Positions 61,413 through 64,000 of a DNA stretch of 64,000 bases are shown here, piece by piece. The DNA comes from an uncultured Gemmatimonadales bacterium. Its GTDB lineage: Bacteria > Gemmatimonadota > Gemmatimonadetes > Longimicrobiales > RSA9. A program made the translations under genes and the position numbers. Below the pieces are notes generated by a model. That model worked only from the letters and a program-made list of their open reading frames with translations. It was not told the origin of the DNA and made no database searches. The first letter of the stretch is position 1; every line of letters starts with the position of its first letter. Where the stretch lies: the NCBI GenBank assembly GCA_963708135.1, contig OY970192.1, forward strand, positions 3,744,001 to 3,808,000, in the 5' to 3' direction.

Positions 61413-62171
61413 ATGCACGCGGTCGCGCACACGGAAGCCGGGCGCCGCAGCCCCTTCGCCGTCCTTCTCTCCAGCGCGCCATCCCAGATCCGCCGGGGCG
61501 CAGCGAGATACGTGGCCGCCGCCGTGGTGGTCCACGTGCTCCTGCTCGGGCTGCTGGTCTGGTGGACGACCCGGCCGAGGCCGATCACCCCGATGGAGAA
61601 CGGCTCCTTCTTCGTCATCCGCCTGCCGGAAAGCCCGCCGGCGGAGCACCGCGACCTGGCGGCGCCGAACGGACGAGGCGCGGGCGGCGCGGCCGCGACG
61701 GGCGAGGAGTCGTCGAGAGGGGCCGCCGGGCCCGCCTCGCCCCCCGGCGGCGCGGCCGCCGCGCCCGCGCCGCTCACCGTTCAGGACATCATCGGCGGCC
61801 CGAGGTTCACCCCCTTCACGGTCCCGCCCAGCCTGGCCAACCGCGCCGACATCGTGCATGAGCTGTCGCTCCGCTTCACCCCCGAGCTGCAGCAGGCCGT
61901 GAGCAGGGCCCGCGTCATCGTCTGGATGCTCCTGGACGAGACCGGCTACGTGCGCAGGTCGATCGTTCAGCAGACGAGCGGCAACGCGGCGCTCGACCGG
62001 GCCGCGCTCGAGGTGTCCCACGACATGCGCTTCACGCCTGCCCTGAACGCCGGCGTGACCGTCCCGGTCTGGGTCTCCATTCCGGTCGAGTTCCGCAACG
62101 AGGCGGCCCTGCCCGCGGCGGACTCGACGGGAACGCCCAGGCGCGACACGACGGGCCTGCGGGACGCCTGA
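61413..62171 (+). CDS. TonB family protein (C-terminal TonB domain)
   Basis: N-terminal TM with His (VVVHVLL), Pro/Ala linker, SGNAALDRAAL...FTPA...VPVWVSIPVEF. Confidence 0.85.
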   Translation: MHAVAHTEAGRRSPFAVLLSSAPSQIRRGAARYVAAAVVVHVLLLGLLVWWTTRPRPITPMENGSFFVIRLPESPPAEHRDLAAPNGRGAGGAAATGEESSRGAAGPASPPGGAAAAPAPLTVQDIIGGPRFTPFTVPPSLANRADIVHELSLRFTPELQQAVSRARVIVWMLLDETGYVRRSIVQQTSGNAALDRAALEVSHDMRFTPALNAGVTVPVWVSIPVEFRNEAALPAADSTGTPRRDTTGLRDA

Positions 62172-62295
62172 CCCCACCGCCTCGGGCCGACCCTCCGCAC
62201 GACGCCCGACCCCGACGAACGTTGCGGCGCCGATCCTCGCCACGCCATCTTGCGGCGTTCCCCAACATCCCCGATTCCCCTCCCGGGACGCATCG

Positions 62296-63762
62296 ATGCC
62301 GACCCCGTCATCGCTCATTGCCGAGCAGGACCGCAGGCACGCCGCGGCCGCGCACGGCGGGAGGCCGCCCTCGAGCGAGGCGGGCCTCGAGCGCGTGATC
62401 GGCCCCTGGGGACTGGCCACGAACGCGGTCAATCTCACCATCGGCGCCGGCATCTTCGCGCTCCCCGCGGTCGTGGCGGCGATGCTCGGCCCCGCCGCCG
62501 TGCTCGCGTACCTGGTCTGCGCGGCGCTCATGGGACTGGTCCTGGCGTGCTTCGCGGAGGTGGGCAGCCGGGTCACCCGCTCGGGCGGCGCGGTGGCGTA
62601 CGTCGAGGAGGCCTTCGGGCCGATGGCCGGCTTCCTGGCGTGGGTCTCCTTCGTCGTGGTGTACTCGGCCGGCTCCGACGCGGCCATCGCGCACGTCGTC
62701 GTGGGTGCGGCGGGCGCGGCGTGGGCCCCGCTCGGCGGCGCCGCGGCGAGCTCCCTCCTCCTGGCGGCCATCTTCGCCTGCGTCGCGCTGGTGAACGTGC
62801 GCGGCGTGCGGCAGGGGCTCAGGCTCTCCGCCGGAATGACCATCGCCAAGCTGCTGCCGCTCCTCCTCCTCGTCGCCCTCGGGGTCTTCGCCGTACGCTG
62901 GCGCGCCCTCACGTGGACGCGCTGGCCCTCCTTCGGCGAGCTCGGCGCCGCCTCGCTGGTGCTGTTCTACGCCTTCATGGGCCCGGAGAGCGCGCTCGGC
63001 GCGAGCGGCGAGATCCGTGACCCCCGGCGCACCGTACCGCGCGGCCTCTTCCTGGCCGTGCTCACGGTCACGCTCCTCTACCTGGCCGTCCAGACCACCG
63101 CCCAGGGGGTGCTCGGCGCCGACCTCGCGCGCGAGTCCGATGCCCCGCTCCGCGCCGTGGCCGCCCGCGTGGCCGGCTCGCCGGGCGGGCTCCTCATCGT
63201 GGCCGGCACCATCATCTCCGGGCTGGGCACCATCTCCGCCGACCTGCTCAACACCCCGCGCGCCTACCTGGTCGCGGCGCGCGACGGGATGCTGCCGCGC
63301 TCCCTCGGCCGCACACACCCGCGCTTCCGCACCCCGTGGCTGGCCATCATCGTCCAGGCCGCGCTCGCCCTCGCGCTCGCCCTCAGCGGCGGCTTCCGCG
63401 CCCTCGCCACGATCTCGAGCATCTCCGTGCTGCTCGTCCACCTTACGGTCGCCGCCGCGGCGCTGCGGCTGCGCTATCGGCCCGGGCGGACGGAGCAGGA
63501 GGCGGCGCCGGCCGCGGAGGCGGCGCGGCCCGGGACCCTCGCGGCGGAATCGTCGCCCGGAGGGAAGGCGACGCCGGCGCCCGCCGCCGACCGGCCCCTC
63601 TTCCGCACCCCCGGCGGCCCGCTGGTGCCGGTGCTCGCGATCGCGATCGTCGCCTGGCTCCTGGCCCAGTCCACCGCGCTCGAGGCCGGGGCAATGGCCG
63701 GCGTGCTCGCGACCTCGGCCGGCTGGTACCTGCTCCGCCGCCGCGCGCTGGCGCGGTCGTGA
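62296..63762 (+). CDS. APC family amino acid permease
   Basis: IGAGIFALP, FAEVGSR..SGG, YAFMGPE, GEIRDPRRTVPR, HPRFRTPW. Confidence 0.92.
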   Translation: MPTPSSLIAEQDRRHAAAAHGGRPPSSEAGLERVIGPWGLATNAVNLTIGAGIFALPAVVAAMLGPAAVLAYLVCAALMGLVLACFAEVGSRVTRSGGAVAYVEEAFGPMAGFLAWVSFVVVYSAGSDAAIAHVVVGAAGAAWAPLGGAAASSLLLAAIFACVALVNVRGVRQGLRLSAGMTIAKLLPLLLLVALGVFAVRWRALTWTRWPSFGELGAASLVLFYAFMGPESALGASGEIRDPRRTVPRGLFLAVLTVTLLYLAVQTTAQGVLGADLARESDAPLRAVAARVAGSPGGLLIVAGTIISGLGTISADLLNTPRAYLVAARDGMLPRSLGRTHPRFRTPWLAIIVQAALALALALSGGFRALATISSISVLLVHLTVAAAALRLRYRPGRTEQEAAPAAEAARPGTLAAESSPGGKATPAPAADRPLFRTPGGPLVPVLAIAIVAWLLAQSTALEAGAMAGVLATSAGWYLLRRRALARS

Positions 63763-63829
63763 CAGCGGACGTCGGCTTCGGGCGCCAATTGCGCGGCCGC
63801 GAGGCAGGGTGCGCCGACGCAGGCCGGAT

Positions 63830-64000
63830 TCATTCCGCGCCCTCGGGCGGGAAGCGCGGGAGCGCGCCCGCGCGCCGCACCACCCGCCCCCCACCCGTCC
63901 GCTCCGCCTCGGCGTCGTACCGCTCGATGATCCCCCCGTAGAAGTCCAGCGTCCGGCGCGCGATGCTCGGCCAGCCGAACTCGCTCTCGACCCGCGCGCG
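63830..64000 (-). CDS. 3' end of a probable GT4 glycosyltransferase (starts beyond the window)
   Basis: RARVESEFGWPSIARRTLDFY resembles the typical GT4 C-terminal helix. Confidence 0.6.
   Translation of the reverse strand, partial: RARVESEFGWPSIARRTLDFYGGIIERYDAEAERTGGGRVVRRAGALPRFPPEGAE

Overview
Very GC-rich bacterial chromosomal segment. The gene set (ADOP-type permease, TIGR02999-type ECF sigma/Ser-Thr kinase pairs, many secreted hydrolases) suggests Gemmatimonadota, but this is inference. About 45 coding units were identified, mostly secreted peptidases and glycosidases, transporters and oxidoreductases. No rRNA, tRNA, CRISPR-Cas or prophage was seen. Accessory or unusual elements: (1) a bipartite, inverted 15-nt-period repeat array (390-889) able to fold into a long ladder-like hairpin; (2) two ECF sigma + Hanks kinase-TPR modules with the Thr-containing non-DAED motif of phosphorylation-activated sigmas, plus a candidate target promoter motif; (3) an AT-richer island with an XamI-family type II R-M system, with apparent GTCGAC depletion across the window; (4) a cold-shock gene leader containing a terminator-like hairpin; (5) a BetI-like TetR with an operator over its own promoter; (6) adjacent 49-nt and 60/61-nt repeat arrays (35255-35945); (7) a complete IS630 in an already-decayed MATE gene; (8) several genes broken by internal deletions or frameshifts. 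No clearly new multi-gene system could be proven from sequence alone. The structured repeat arrays, the sigma/kinase regulon and the csp leader are the best leads. All family assignments are from motif recognition by eye, not database searches.
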